The notes beneath the pieces were generated by a model. The model saw only the letters and a program-made list of their open reading frames with translations. It did not search any database and had not been told where the DNA came from. Shown here piece after piece: positions 8,115 to 16,733 of a stretch of DNA of 43,864 nucleotides. Position 1 is the first letter of the stretch, and every line of letters starts with the position of its first letter. The DNA comes from a virus. Taxonomy: Duplodnaviria; Caudoviricetes. A program made the translations under genes and the position numbers. The stretch covers positions 1 through 43,864 of IMG/VR virus record IMGVR_UViG_3300049982_000240. One strand, given 5' to 3'.

Positions 8115-8164
8115 GCCCCCGTCACTGTCCTGCCAGGGACATTCAGTGGCGGGGGCGCTTCTTT
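8115..8164 (+). terminator. Stem-loop with T-rich tail on the + strand (possible antisense terminator)
   Basis: GCCCCCGTCACTG...CAGTGGCGGGGGC (13 bp, one G-U on +) followed by GCTTCTTT. Confidence 0.5.
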
Positions 8165-8165
8165 G

Positions 8166-8294
8166 CTACTTGCCGGTGCGCCAGGCGCGCCGGCGGTCCT
8201 CCAACTCCTGCTCCGCGCGGTCGGCCTTCGACGCTTCGCGCCAGATGACGCGAACGAGCACCGCGACGGCGATCCACCACGCGGCCCAGCCCAT
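8166..8294 (-). CDS. Small membrane protein, 42 aa (MGWAAWWIAVAVLVRVIWREASK...), not in the ORF track
   Basis: TGATG coupling to the upstream gene; single TM segment. Confidence 0.6.
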   Translation of the reverse strand: MGWAAWWIAVAVLVRVIWREASKADRAEQELEDRRRAWRTGK

Positions 8295-8788
8295 CAGCCG
8301 AGCCTTGGTGCGAACGTGCCCTGCTCGAGCGCGACGCACGCGATGTGCTGCATCGCGATCGCGTCCTTCGTCTCGCGCACCGCGGCGTCCCGGTTGGCCG
8401 ACGTCGGCAGCGCGCGCGCGATCGCCTGCGCCTCGAGCGCCTCGGCCTGCTCCGCCATCAGGCGGACGTAGACGACGTCGGAGACCGGCACGTCGTGCGG
8501 GAACTGCGCGAGGTCGTCGAGCAGCTGCGAGAGGCGGTAGCGCACGATGCGCTCGCGGCTGATCACGCCATCCTTGATGCCCTGGTGGATGATCTCGCGC
8601 TCGCGCTCGTCGTACAGCTTCACGCGCGGATCCTTTCGCTGGATCGCGTAGACCGCGTCCGGCTTGCGGGAGGCGTCGGTGAACAGCTCGACGAACGCAC
8701 TCAGGCGCCGCCGATGCGCGATCCGGGGATGCAGCCCTTCGGTTGGGCGGCCTGCCAGAGCCGCGCGGTGATGTTGGGTGGCCTTCAT
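8294..8788 (-). CDS. Putative regulator in the cII position
   Basis: GGAGAG RBS before the ATG at 8788. Directly downstream of the cro-like gene; function inferred from synteny only. Confidence 0.6.
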   Translation of the reverse strand: MKATQHHRAALAGRPTEGLHPRIAHRRRLSAFVELFTDASRKPDAVYAIQRKDPRVKLYDEREREIIHQGIKDGVISRERIVRYRLSQLLDDLAQFPHDVPVSDVVYVRLMAEQAEALEAQAIARALPTSANRDAAVRETKDAIAMQHIACVALEQGTFAPRLG

Positions 8789-8865
8789 GGTCTCTCTCCG
8801 TGATGGTTCCTGCGTGACTCTTTCCCTTCTCCCTCGGCCCCCGTCATCGAGAGCCAGCGGCCCTG

Positions 8866-9120
8866 CTAGGCGACCATGTGCGCGGGCTTCATCGCCTGCC
8901 ACAGCACTTCGCGCCACTCGTTCTCGGTTCCGCCGAGATCCGCGGCGAGGGCGGCGACTACCGCGTCGGTCGAGCGCTGTACGCCGTTGATCACGTTCGT
9001 CGCCGTACTGCGCGGGATGCTGTGGCGATCGGCCCACGCACTCACCGGGCAGCCCAGGGCGAACTTGATCGCCTCGGGCGCCGGCAGGCCCGCCGTCATC
9101 AGTTCCTTGATCTTCTCCAT
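8866..9120 (-). CDS. Cro-like HTH regulator
   Basis: VSAWADRHSIPRSTATNVING HTH. Divergent from the repressor. Confidence 0.8.
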   Translation of the reverse strand: MEKIKELMTAGLPAPEAIKFALGCPVSAWADRHSIPRSTATNVINGVQRSTDAVVAALAADLGGTENEWREVLWQAMKPAHMVA

Positions 9121-9164
9121 CGCGACCCCGTATGATTGAGCACTGTTAAGCACCCGCCTGACTG

Positions 9165-9193
9165 ATATTAATGCGGTGCATTAAATAACGCAA
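9165..9193 (-). promoter_or_regulatory. Early lytic promoter with overlapping operator
   Basis: -35 TTGCGT, 17 bp, -10 TAATAT. Palindrome TTAATGC-GGT-GCATTAA at 9168-9184. Confidence 0.75.
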
Positions 9194-9209
9194 GGCCCCT
9201 CGTTACTAT
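9181..9209 (+). promoter_or_regulatory. Putative PRM-like repressor promoter
   Basis: -10 TACTAT at 9204-9209, poor -35 (TTAAAT) 17 bp upstream next to the operator. Little or no leader before the GTG at 9219. Confidence 0.45.
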
Positions 9210-9218
9210 GGCCCGACT

Positions 9219-9785
9219 GTGCCACGTGGCTCATTAAATCCAGCGGCCTCGGCCACGCTCGGAAACCGCCTGAAGGCCCTGATGAAGGACCGCGGCGTCA
9301 GCAACACTGAGGTGGCGGAGGCTGCGGCGGTCGACCCGGTGACCGTGAGCCAGTGGCGGGGCGATCGGCAGGCGCCCTCTGACGAGGCGCTCGTGCGGGT
9401 CGCCGCGTTTCTGGGCACGTCTGTCGCGTTCCTGCGCTACGGACCAGACACGCGCAGCGGGAGCGCGGCGGATCTCGCCAGGCGGAATCCCGACGGCAGC
9501 GTGACCACGTTCGAGGTGAAGAGCACCGCCCCACGACACGCCCGCAACCTCCCGCTCAGCGTTCGGGAGTATCTGGCGGAGTTCCAGCTACGCCTGACGA
9601 AGGGCGGCGCGAGCGAGGACGATGTCGACGAGGCGATGACGCTCCTGCGCTCCCCGCAGGTCTTCATCTACTTCAGTGGAGGGAAGCTCAACGAGTACAA
9701 CGAGACCGACATCCTCGACGGCATGAAGTCGATCGCGGAAGACGTCGTGATCCCTCGACTGCGGAAGCTGGGGCGCAAGCTGTAA
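9219..9785 (+). CDS. CI/ImmR-like XRE HTH repressor
   Basis: LGNRLKALMKDRGVSNTEVAEAAAVDPVTVSQW...P...LVRVAAFLGTSVAFLRYG. No S24 autopeptidase motif seen. Confidence 0.9.
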   Translation: MPRGSLNPAASATLGNRLKALMKDRGVSNTEVAEAAAVDPVTVSQWRGDRQAPSDEALVRVAAFLGTSVAFLRYGPDTRSGSAADLARRNPDGSVTTFEVKSTAPRHARNLPLSVREYLAEFQLRLTKGGASEDDVDEAMTLLRSPQVFIYFSGGKLNEYNETDILDGMKSIAEDVVIPRLRKLGRKL

Positions 9786-10261
9786 TGCTGATCGAGGAGA
9801 TCTCCGCCGTCATCGCGCGGAAGCGTGACGTCCATCCCGAGCTCGCCCGCTGCCTAACGTGGCCTGGCTTACTGCGCATCTGCGAGCGGGAAGGGGTCGA
9901 CGTTCGGATCAGCCGGGGGCCGATGCCTCGCCAAGCGCAGTTGGTGCCGTACGCCGGCGCCTGGACGATCGTGCTGAACCGGGACACGCCGTTCCGCCGG
10001 CACACCTATCTCGCCGCGCACGAGCTCGGGCACCTCTGGCTGCACCACGACCGCGCCCACGACCGGTGGGAGCGGGTCTTCAACATGGACGCGAGCTGGG
10101 AGGCCGACCCGCGCGAGGACGATGCGGAGCTGTTCGCCTCGCTCGTCCTGGCGGGGCCGACGCGGGCGCGCGCCTGGGTGCCGTTGCCGGAGCAGGAGAC
10201 GGCGCTTCAGGCGGCACTGCGCACCTTACGGCGCGATCAGCTGCGGCGGGGTTCGCGATGA
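9785..10261 (+). CDS. ImmA/IrrE-family Zn metallopeptidase (anti-repressor)
   Basis: IVLN...RRHTYLAAHELGH and E.DAELFASLVL. TAATG-coupled to the repressor. Confidence 0.85.
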   Translation: MLIEEISAVIARKRDVHPELARCLTWPGLLRICEREGVDVRISRGPMPRQAQLVPYAGAWTIVLNRDTPFRRHTYLAAHELGHLWLHHDRAHDRWERVFNMDASWEADPREDDAELFASLVLAGPTRARAWVPLPEQETALQAALRTLRRDQLRRGSR

Positions 10262-10668
10262 AGCGATTCGCGCTCGTGCTGCTCGTTGCGGCGATGGCAG
10301 GCTGTGGGTCGACCGAGCCGACGATCGACCCAGCGACCGCCTCCGTGGTCGGCACGTATTCGCTCACCTCGCAGACCCCGGTGAATCCAGCCGGCGTGTT
10401 CATCCCCGACACCCAGACCTGGATTCAGTACACGAGCGACGTGTACACGCTCACCGACGCCGGCACGTGGACCCGGAGCTACGCGGGCACCACGCGCGTC
10501 GGTTCGCGCTCGACGCCGACCAGCGGCTCGAATGGTGGGACTTACGCCCGGGTGGGGCGCACCATCACCTTCCAGTCTGGCGGGCAGTTCTTCGCGACCG
10601 CGAGCTTCACGGGGAGCGGCATGACCCTGACCGATCAGTACTTCCTCTACGCGTTCAGCCGGCCGTGA
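10258..10668 (+). CDS. Lipoprotein, beta-rich (superinfection-exclusion candidate)
   Basis: MKRFALVLLVAAMAG|C lipobox; VVGTYSL motif; in the immunity operon. Confidence 0.8.
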   Translation: MKRFALVLLVAAMAGCGSTEPTIDPATASVVGTYSLTSQTPVNPAGVFIPDTQTWIQYTSDVYTLTDAGTWTRSYAGTTRVGSRSTPTSGSNGGTYARVGRTITFQSGGQFFATASFTGSGMTLTDQYFLYAFSRP

Positions 10669-10672
10669 GCGG

Positions 10673-10948
10673 ATGAGAATCGAGCGGCTGCGCTCGACCC
10701 GCACCGCGACCGGTCCACTCCACTGTCCGCGCTGTGCGTGGCTGCTCGGACGGCTCGAGTCGCCGGCGATCGGCTACCTGACGCAGTGCGGCGGCTGCAA
10801 GCGCGCGCTCCGGGTCGTAGATGGCGCCGCCGGCGCCATCGGGATCGTCGTGGCGAGCGAGCCCTCGACGGAGCACGGCGCACTCGTGTCGCTCGAGGAA
10901 GACCGGCGGTGGAAGGATGCGCTCGCGGCGCGTCCAACGGCGGACTGA
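10673..10948 (+). CDS. Zn-ribbon protein
   Basis: HCPRC...QCGGC. Confidence 0.65.
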   Translation: MRIERLRSTRTATGPLHCPRCAWLLGRLESPAIGYLTQCGGCKRALRVVDGAAGAIGIVVASEPSTEHGALVSLEEDRRWKDALAARPTAD

Positions 10949-11131
10949 ATGTCTGAAGTGCCTGAGCCTACTCGCGAGGCGCTCCTCGAGGAGGCCGATC
11001 GTCAGGTGCAGGATCGCCAGGACGAGGCGGCGGCGCGGGTCGAGGCGACGCAGGGGCCGTCGCCGGCGGCGAAGTTTGCAGCGTGGCTCGCCGCGGAAGC
11101 GGCGCGAGCTCGTCGAGATCCAGCCACGTGA
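10949..11131 (+). CDS. Small hypothetical protein
   Basis: Abuts the upstream stop. Confidence 0.5.
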   Translation: MSEVPEPTREALLEEADRQVQDRQDEAAARVEATQGPSPAAKFAAWLAAEAARARRDPAT

Positions 11132-11132
11132 C

Positions 11133-11184
11133 GAATGACATGACGGCCAGAGTACGCGAATGCGTCACCTGGCCGTCATCATTC
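11133..11184. terminator. Hairpin between the convergent immunity and lysis operons
   Basis: ATGACGGCCAG (11140-11150) pairs with CTGGCCGTCAT (11169-11179). No clear U-tract. Confidence 0.5.
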
Positions 11185-11723
11185 TATCGCACGTAGTGGC
11201 CCCCGATCGCCCCGAGGATCCCCGCAGCCACCGCGGGCGCCGTACAGCTCCGTGCGGGAGGCGGGATGGCGGTGCCTGTCCGCGCGAGGGCCAGCGCCTG
11301 GCGCAGCTCCACGATCACGAGCGAGTCGGCGGCGTGCTCGCGCGCGCAGGAGCGGTTGAGCCGGTCGCAGGCGGCGAAGGCCGAGTCGTGCTGCACGAGG
11401 ACGCCGAGCGGGATCGCGATGCGCGGCGTGGTGTCCCCGGCGACGTGCACGGTGTCGTGCCGCCAGAGGGTATCCGTCCGCACCTGCAGCAGCAGTCGAG
11501 TCACGGTCACCGAGTCGACGCGCCGCTCCGCCGTGCGCGCGGCAGCGGTGTCGGTGCGCCACTGGATCACCGTGTCGCGCCCCGCGAGCTGCTGCTCGAC
11601 GCGGATCTGCGCGTCGTGTCCGTGCAGCCAGTAGAAGAACCCGCCGGCCATCGCCCCCAGGAGGATGCCGACGAGCAGGAAGGGCCACCAGCGGCGGAGG
11701 AAGATCGTCAGGGCGAGGGCCAT
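11184..11723 (-). CDS. Putative spanin (Rz-position membrane protein)
   Basis: N-terminal TM, Cys-containing periplasmic part, hydrophobic C-tail. Follows the endolysin. Confidence 0.6.
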   Translation of the reverse strand: MALALTIFLRRWWPFLLVGILLGAMAGGFFYWLHGHDAQIRVEQQLAGRDTVIQWRTDTAAARTAERRVDSVTVTRLLLQVRTDTLWRHDTVHVAGDTTPRIAIPLGVLVQHDSAFAACDRLNRSCAREHAADSLVIVELRQALALARTGTAIPPPARSCTAPAVAAGILGAIGGHYVR

Positions 11724-11730
11724 GGCGCTG

Positions 11731-12273
11731 TCAGAGGGTGGGGATATTGAGGGCCAGCATGAACTGCACTTTCGTCTCGAGCTCGATCTTGTCGATGGCC
11801 GCGCCCGGGCAGCCGGTGTGCGTCGTCTTGGGATCTTCCTTGTGGAGCCGGAGCCTCGGCTCCGTCCACTCCATCCGGCGGTGCAGGGCCGTGAGCGCAT
11901 TCAGGACGGTGTCCTTCCCCTCGGCCGTGAACGGCTCGCGGTCGAAGTCCCCGACGATCTCCACGCCCCACGCGCTCCCGTTCCAACTGGGCGAGTGGAC
12001 GCCCGGTACCGTCAGCGGCGTGAACACCCAGATCCCGCCCGGCTCGATGAATAGGTGTGGGCCACCACTCCACCCCTGCTCGTCCCGGTAGTAGCGCTCC
12101 AGGGACCGCATCCACCGCTCGCCGGGCACGGCCTGCCACGTCGCGAGCGTCGGGATCTGCGTGTTGTGCACGACGATCAGCGAGGGCCGCCAGCCGGGGA
12201 ACGCGAGCGTCTCGACGTAGGTCGCGAACTCGACGGCCGTGAAGCGCTGGCCGACGATCCCCTTCCACGTCAT
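11731..12273 (-). CDS. Endolysin, N-acetylmuramoyl-L-alanine amidase (Amidase_2)
   Basis: IVVHNT, GWSGGPHLFI, GVHS..WN, GVEIVGDF, LHKE...CPG. Confidence 0.9.
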   Translation of the reverse strand: MTWKGIVGQRFTAVEFATYVETLAFPGWRPSLIVVHNTQIPTLATWQAVPGERWMRSLERYYRDEQGWSGGPHLFIEPGGIWVFTPLTVPGVHSPSWNGSAWGVEIVGDFDREPFTAEGKDTVLNALTALHRRMEWTEPRLRLHKEDPKTTHTGCPGAAIDKIELETKVQFMLALNIPTL

Positions 12274-12641
12274 GCGGGCCCCTGGTCGACGGGTGGGCGC
12301 ACCACGGCGTCGGGGTCTGGCGCCCCCCCGACCTCGTCGCCCTCGCCGCGATCGGTGCGGCGGACAGGCCGCACCACCGCGATCTCGCCTTGGCTGGCCC
12401 GGCGCCCGAAGGTGGGAATGAACGGTGTGGCGAGGCCGAGGCCATCCTTCAGGCGGGCGAAGATGATCGTGCCAACGCCAGGCATGGTGACGGCGCCGAG
12501 CAGGACGAGAAAGAGGAAGAAGGCCAAGTGCACCGTGTGCACCGGCGGCGCCTTGAATTCCAGGACGGTGCCGTACACGCCGAAGGCGAGGAAGAAAAGC
12601 CCGAAGACGGCGGTGAGGATGAGGACGACGACCTTGTTCAT
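12270..12641 (-). CDS. Putative holin (two or more TMs)
   Basis: Strong hydrophobic segments and a charged C-tail. Coupled to the endolysin. Confidence 0.65.
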   Translation of the reverse strand: MNKVVVLILTAVFGLFFLAFGVYGTVLEFKAPPVHTVHLAFFLFLVLLGAVTMPGVGTIIFARLKDGLGLATPFIPTFGRRASQGEIAVVRPVRRTDRGEGDEVGGAPDPDAVVRPPVDQGPA

Positions 12642-13024
12642 GCGGTTCCCCTGCGACGCGCGCGCCGCCTGTCAGAGAGAAGGTGGACCATCTGGGCGAC
12701 CTCTTCCCGTCGTTCCTCCGACGTGCGCCGGTCCGTGGTGAAGCCGAGGGCGTCCAGGAGCTCGTTCACCTCGTCGTGCCGGTCGCGGTTGTCGAGCGCG
12801 ATCTCGAGCAGGAGATCGTGGTCCTCGAGGATCGGCGCGAGGACGGGCATCATCACCTCGCGGATCGTGCGCGCGAGCGCTTCGCGGCGGTGATCGTGGT
12901 ACGGCTTGAGCACGCGTGCGATGAACGCCCAGAGCATCGCGAGGAGGCCGCCCCCCTTCGCGAGCAGCTCCAAGGTGTCCGCCACGCGTTCGGCGTTGTG
13001 CACGTCGGCTGCGGGTGGATTCAC
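12638..13024 (-). CDS. Single-TM lysis-region protein (holin/antiholin-like)
   Basis: GTG at 13024 overlaps the upstream TGA. TM GGGLLAMLWAFIARVL. Confidence 0.6.
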   Translation of the reverse strand: MNPPAADVHNAERVADTLELLAKGGGLLAMLWAFIARVLKPYHDHRREALARTIREVMMPVLAPILEDHDLLLEIALDNRDRHDEVNELLDALGFTTDRRTSEERREEVAQMVHLLSDRRRARRRGTA

Positions 13025-13125
13025 GGCACGGCCCCGGCGAGTACGACGGATGAGAGCACGATGCCCTTGACCATTCCGAGGACCGGGGTGAGGTCGCTCG
13101 CGGTGCTGGCGGCTTGGAAGGTCAT
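13021..13125 (-). CDS. Small hydrophobic peptide (34 aa)
   Basis: GGAG RBS; coupled to the downstream gene. Confidence 0.45.
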   Translation of the reverse strand: MTFQAASTASDLTPVLGMVKGIVLSSVVLAGAVP

Positions 13126-13220
13126 GTGCGGGCTCCGGCGCGGGTGATGGCACTGTCGTCGCCCGCGCCGGAGCCCGGCGCGAGCTGGTAGCGCGCGGCG
13201 GCCTGAAGAAGCATGAGCAT
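13122..13220 (-). CDS. Possible 32-aa leader/coupling ORF containing a strong hairpin
   Basis: TGATG at the start and ATGA at the end. Not in the ORF track. Confidence 0.3.
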   Translation of the reverse strand: MLMLLQAAARYQLAPGSGAGDDSAITRAGART

Positions 13221-13477
13221 CACGGGACCTCCGAGAGGGCATCGATGACCACGTACCCGTCGTCGGGGTAGCGGGCGTCGATGAGAGTTTGCGCGGCCAA
13301 GAGCGCCTCACTGTTGCCCCAGTTCGCGCCGGCGGGCGCCTCGTCCGGCAGCAGCGCATTCAGGTCCGCCTCAGTCGCATCGAGAAGCAACGTCGCCATG
13401 GGGTGCCGCACCGTCAGCGTGACGCGCCCCCCGCCGAACTGGGCGTTCACGAGCGGAATCTCTATGAGACCTGGCAT
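13220..13477 (-). CDS. Small tail-associated hypothetical protein
   Basis: Follows the tail tip gene. Confidence 0.65.
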   Translation of the reverse strand: MPGLIEIPLVNAQFGGGRVTLTVRHPMATLLLDATEADLNALLPDEAPAGANWGNSEALLAAQTLIDARYPDDGYVVIDALSEVP

Positions 13478-13481
13478 CGCA

Positions 13482-16400
13482 TCAGGTGTTCGAAGGAATG
13501 ATCTGGCTGACCGTCGCGCTGGTCGCGACGACCGTGGAGCCGGAGACCATCTCCACGGTCATCCGGAAGGTCTTGTCCCTGGGGCCGGCAGCGTCGATGT
13601 CGTTCACGCAGGTGAAGACGTACGGCGCCGTGACGCCGACCAGATGGGTCGTGTCGCCGACGTTCGTGTTCACGAGCGCCGTCTGCTCGAAGATCGTCAG
13701 GTTGTAGGTCGCCCCGACCGGTTCGTCAGCGACGGTCCAGTCGAACTCCACTTCATCGAGCGCGTAGTCGTACGCAGCGATGCCGAGACTGGTGAACGAG
13801 GGCGCCGCCGACGCGCCCGCCAGGGCAGGGATGTGGATGGTCTGCGTGGCCGGCAGTCCCGCACCGGTCGCCCGGAAGGTGTAGGCGTGGGGGTCCGCGT
13901 CGAGCACGACCGTCAGCGGATCCGCGCCGGGCGCACCAGGCGGACCGCCGTCCACCTCGAGCGTGATCGTGCCGGTGCCGCCCCAGTCGAGCGACCAGCT
14001 TGTCGGGCCCGGCGTCGGCGTGATGTCGAGCGAGGGCGCGTTGTAATCCTGCAGTGAGCCGAGCCCGCCGCGGAGAGCGAGGCCACTGACGCCAGCGAGC
14101 CCCTGCAGGAACCCGCGGAAGCGCCGTCCGTCGGCCGTCGCGCTGACGATCGTGAGCGGGTAGGCATTCCACCCCCGGACCGCCACATTGCGGCCTGGAT
14201 CCCAATCGGTGTACTGATCCGTCACCAGCACGATCGAGTCGCCGACCATGAGCTCGGGGCAGGCGTTCACGAGCGTAAAGGGCCAGACCCGTACGCCCGT
14301 GCTGGTGGCGAACACCACCTGCGCGCACAGCTGCTGGGCGAGGAATCGCCCGCCGTCCGCGCTGTTGTAGCACCAGCGCGCGATGTCGTCCGGGATCGTG
14401 CTGGTCCCGAGGCCCTCGACATCCTGCGTCTCGAGCTGGGCCAGCGCATCGGCGTCCCCATACACGACCGTGGAGGCGGGGAGCTGCGTGCCCGCACTGG
14501 TATCGACGCCGTAGTCGCAGGCGATCTCGGAGATGCGCTGCTCGCGTCCGGTCGGGGTGTCGAGCCCGGTGAAGTCGCGCGGATCGAAGACGCGCGACGT
14601 GGCATCCGGCGAGACCGTGACGATGCCGGCGGCGTCCCGCAGCTGGTAGATCTGCCGAAACACGATCTGCCCGGCGACCTCGATCGTCGTGCCGCCCATG
14701 ATGAAGGACAGCTGATCGATGAGCGTGTCGCCAGTCACCGCCTCGGTGATCTTGAGCGTGACGCGGCACTTGTCCTGGGTGCCGGGGTCCCCGGGCGCGC
14801 GGTCCTCCACCGTGGGCGGGAAGCCACCGCGGCCGGAGGTGCCGACGTCGGACAGGCCGATCCGATCGTCCGGCACGCCGAGGTGCTGTGTCAGGACCTC
14901 GTACCAGACGTCCGCCGGATCCGCGTCGACCCACACGAGCGCGGGCTGCGTGAACGTGGCGCTGTGCACCTCGATCTCGTCGAGCGCTGCGAACGCGGCC
15001 GGCAGCTCCTGCGTGAGTGCGGGGTCGGCATTCGGGGTGAAGTCCAGCTGATCGATGCCCGAGTTCCCCGAGATCGTGAACAGCATCCCGGGCTCGAGGC
15101 CGGCCACCGCGCTCTTGCGGACGCGAAGGTAGTAGCCCGCCCCGTCGTACTCGTCGCCGCTCAGGGTAGCGCCCTGCAGCGCGGGCGAGACCGCGACCTG
15201 CGTCGTCGTCGCCGACACCACCGTGTGCACGCGGTTGATCACCTCGGCCCGCGCCGGGATCTTCCGCTTGAGCGTCTTGGCGAAGGACAGGAGCGCGATC
15301 GCCTCGGTGACGGCCGTGGGCTGGCGTCCACTCACCACCGCCCGCGCCATGTGGAACCAGTCGTCGCGCGTCACGCGCTGGTGCTCGCTCGCCAGCCAGA
15401 CGTCTGCATCGATCATCGTGTCCGGCCCCGACGAGGCGATCTCGCTTCCCACATCGCGATAGTCTCGGCGGCCGGTACGCACCACCGTGACGCGTCCCTC
15501 GCCGATGGAGGGCGTGAGGAAGGGAACGGAGACCTCCTGCGACATCGGCTCGACGATCGACTCGGCCGTCACGTCGACGCGGTTGCGGAAGTCGATGCCA
15601 AGTTCGGAGACCAGCGGCGCGCGCAAGAGGTCCGCGCTCGCCTCCATGGTGAGTCGCAGGTGATAGGCAAGCTGTGCCGGCGTGACGATGTCGCCCTGCA
15701 CAACCGGGGTCCACGGCCCACCAAGGCCAGCGGTGCTGAGCTCGAGTGTCGCTGCGGTGTCGACCGGCTCACTGCGCCCGAAGACCACCCGACCCACGCT
15801 CTCTACGCCGGGCAAGTCTGGCAGCTCCACCAGGTACACGTTCTCCGACGTGGCGGTGTACTCCTCGATCGCCAGCTTGAACGTCATCGCACGGCCGGAC
15901 TCGTTCTTCACCCAGACGCTCGAGGGATCATTCGGGTTGGTGCGCTCCCAGGAGACTTCGCGGACGAAGCCCACCCCCGGGATGGTCTGGGCGCTCGTCG
16001 TGTCGTATCGCCACTCGACGAGGTTGCCGGGGTTGCGCTGATCGGTCGTGATGCTGAAGAAGAGCTCGGGCAGCGCGCCCGACTCCCCTGGCGCCGGCGG
16101 CGGTCCTGACGTCGGGTCGACGCGCAGGCGGTAGCGCGAGAGGTCGAAGACGATGTCGGCGAAGCCCGCGCCATCGCGGAGCGGCGCCCACTGTTCCGGC
16201 CCGATGACGACCGGCTCCTTGAGCAAGGGCGTGAAGCTGGTCTGCGTGAGCTCGCTCGTGACGGTGCTGGAGCCCGCCGCGCGCACCAGGGTGCCCGCGA
16301 TCTGGGTGGCGCGGTAGATCTGCAGCTTCACGCTGACGAAGCCGAAGAGCGCGGGGTGCCCGAACTTCATCTTCGCGGTGACGCTCGACAGCACCCCACC

Positions 16401-16733
16401 GACGAAGCCGTCGATCTGCCAGCCGACGGTGTGCAGGTAGGTGGGTCCCCCATCCTCCTGCGGGATATTGAAGTATCCCGCATCGGTGTATTGGCTCACC
16501 ACCTCAACCGGCGCCGAGGCAAGCGTGATCCCGCCGGATGGCGCCTCGACGGCGCTGGCCGCCGGACTCGTGCTCACGAGGTTGCCGCCGTCGGCGACCA
16601 GCGTGAGGAGCTGGTCCGCCGCGCGGCGAAGCACGGTGCCCTGATCGCGGGCACTCAGCTCGACGACTGTCTTCACGTGGGGGTTCGCGCGCTCGAGCAT
16701 CTCGCGCAGCGTGGGGCGGAGGGTGCGGCCCAT
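13482..16733 (-). CDS. Large tail tip / hub protein (1083 aa)
   Basis: Follows TMP and Dit. Beta-rich with Ig/FN3-like C-terminal segments. Start re-placed at the coupled ATG 16733. Confidence 0.75.
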   Translation of the reverse strand: MGRTLRPTLREMLERANPHVKTVVELSARDQGTVLRRAADQLLTLVADGGNLVSTSPAASAVEAPSGGITLASAPVEVVSQYTDAGYFNIPQEDGGPTYLHTVGWQIDGFVGGVLSSVTAKMKFGHPALFGFVSVKLQIYRATQIAGTLVRAAGSSTVTSELTQTSFTPLLKEPVVIGPEQWAPLRDGAGFADIVFDLSRYRLRVDPTSGPPPAPGESGALPELFFSITTDQRNPGNLVEWRYDTTSAQTIPGVGFVREVSWERTNPNDPSSVWVKNESGRAMTFKLAIEEYTATSENVYLVELPDLPGVESVGRVVFGRSEPVDTAATLELSTAGLGGPWTPVVQGDIVTPAQLAYHLRLTMEASADLLRAPLVSELGIDFRNRVDVTAESIVEPMSQEVSVPFLTPSIGEGRVTVVRTGRRDYRDVGSEIASSGPDTMIDADVWLASEHQRVTRDDWFHMARAVVSGRQPTAVTEAIALLSFAKTLKRKIPARAEVINRVHTVVSATTTQVAVSPALQGATLSGDEYDGAGYYLRVRKSAVAGLEPGMLFTISGNSGIDQLDFTPNADPALTQELPAAFAALDEIEVHSATFTQPALVWVDADPADVWYEVLTQHLGVPDDRIGLSDVGTSGRGGFPPTVEDRAPGDPGTQDKCRVTLKITEAVTGDTLIDQLSFIMGGTTIEVAGQIVFRQIYQLRDAAGIVTVSPDATSRVFDPRDFTGLDTPTGREQRISEIACDYGVDTSAGTQLPASTVVYGDADALAQLETQDVEGLGTSTIPDDIARWCYNSADGGRFLAQQLCAQVVFATSTGVRVWPFTLVNACPELMVGDSIVLVTDQYTDWDPGRNVAVRGWNAYPLTIVSATADGRRFRGFLQGLAGVSGLALRGGLGSLQDYNAPSLDITPTPGPTSWSLDWGGTGTITLEVDGGPPGAPGADPLTVVLDADPHAYTFRATGAGLPATQTIHIPALAGASAAPSFTSLGIAAYDYALDEVEFDWTVADEPVGATYNLTIFEQTALVNTNVGDTTHLVGVTAPYVFTCVNDIDAAGPRDKTFRMTVEMVSGSTVVATSATVSQIIPSNT

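Noticed and set aside
9219-10261. Toxin-antitoxin or CapH/CapP-type defence regulator
   Set aside because: The divergent cro-like gene and operator fit a lysogeny switch better, and no recognised defence effector follows.
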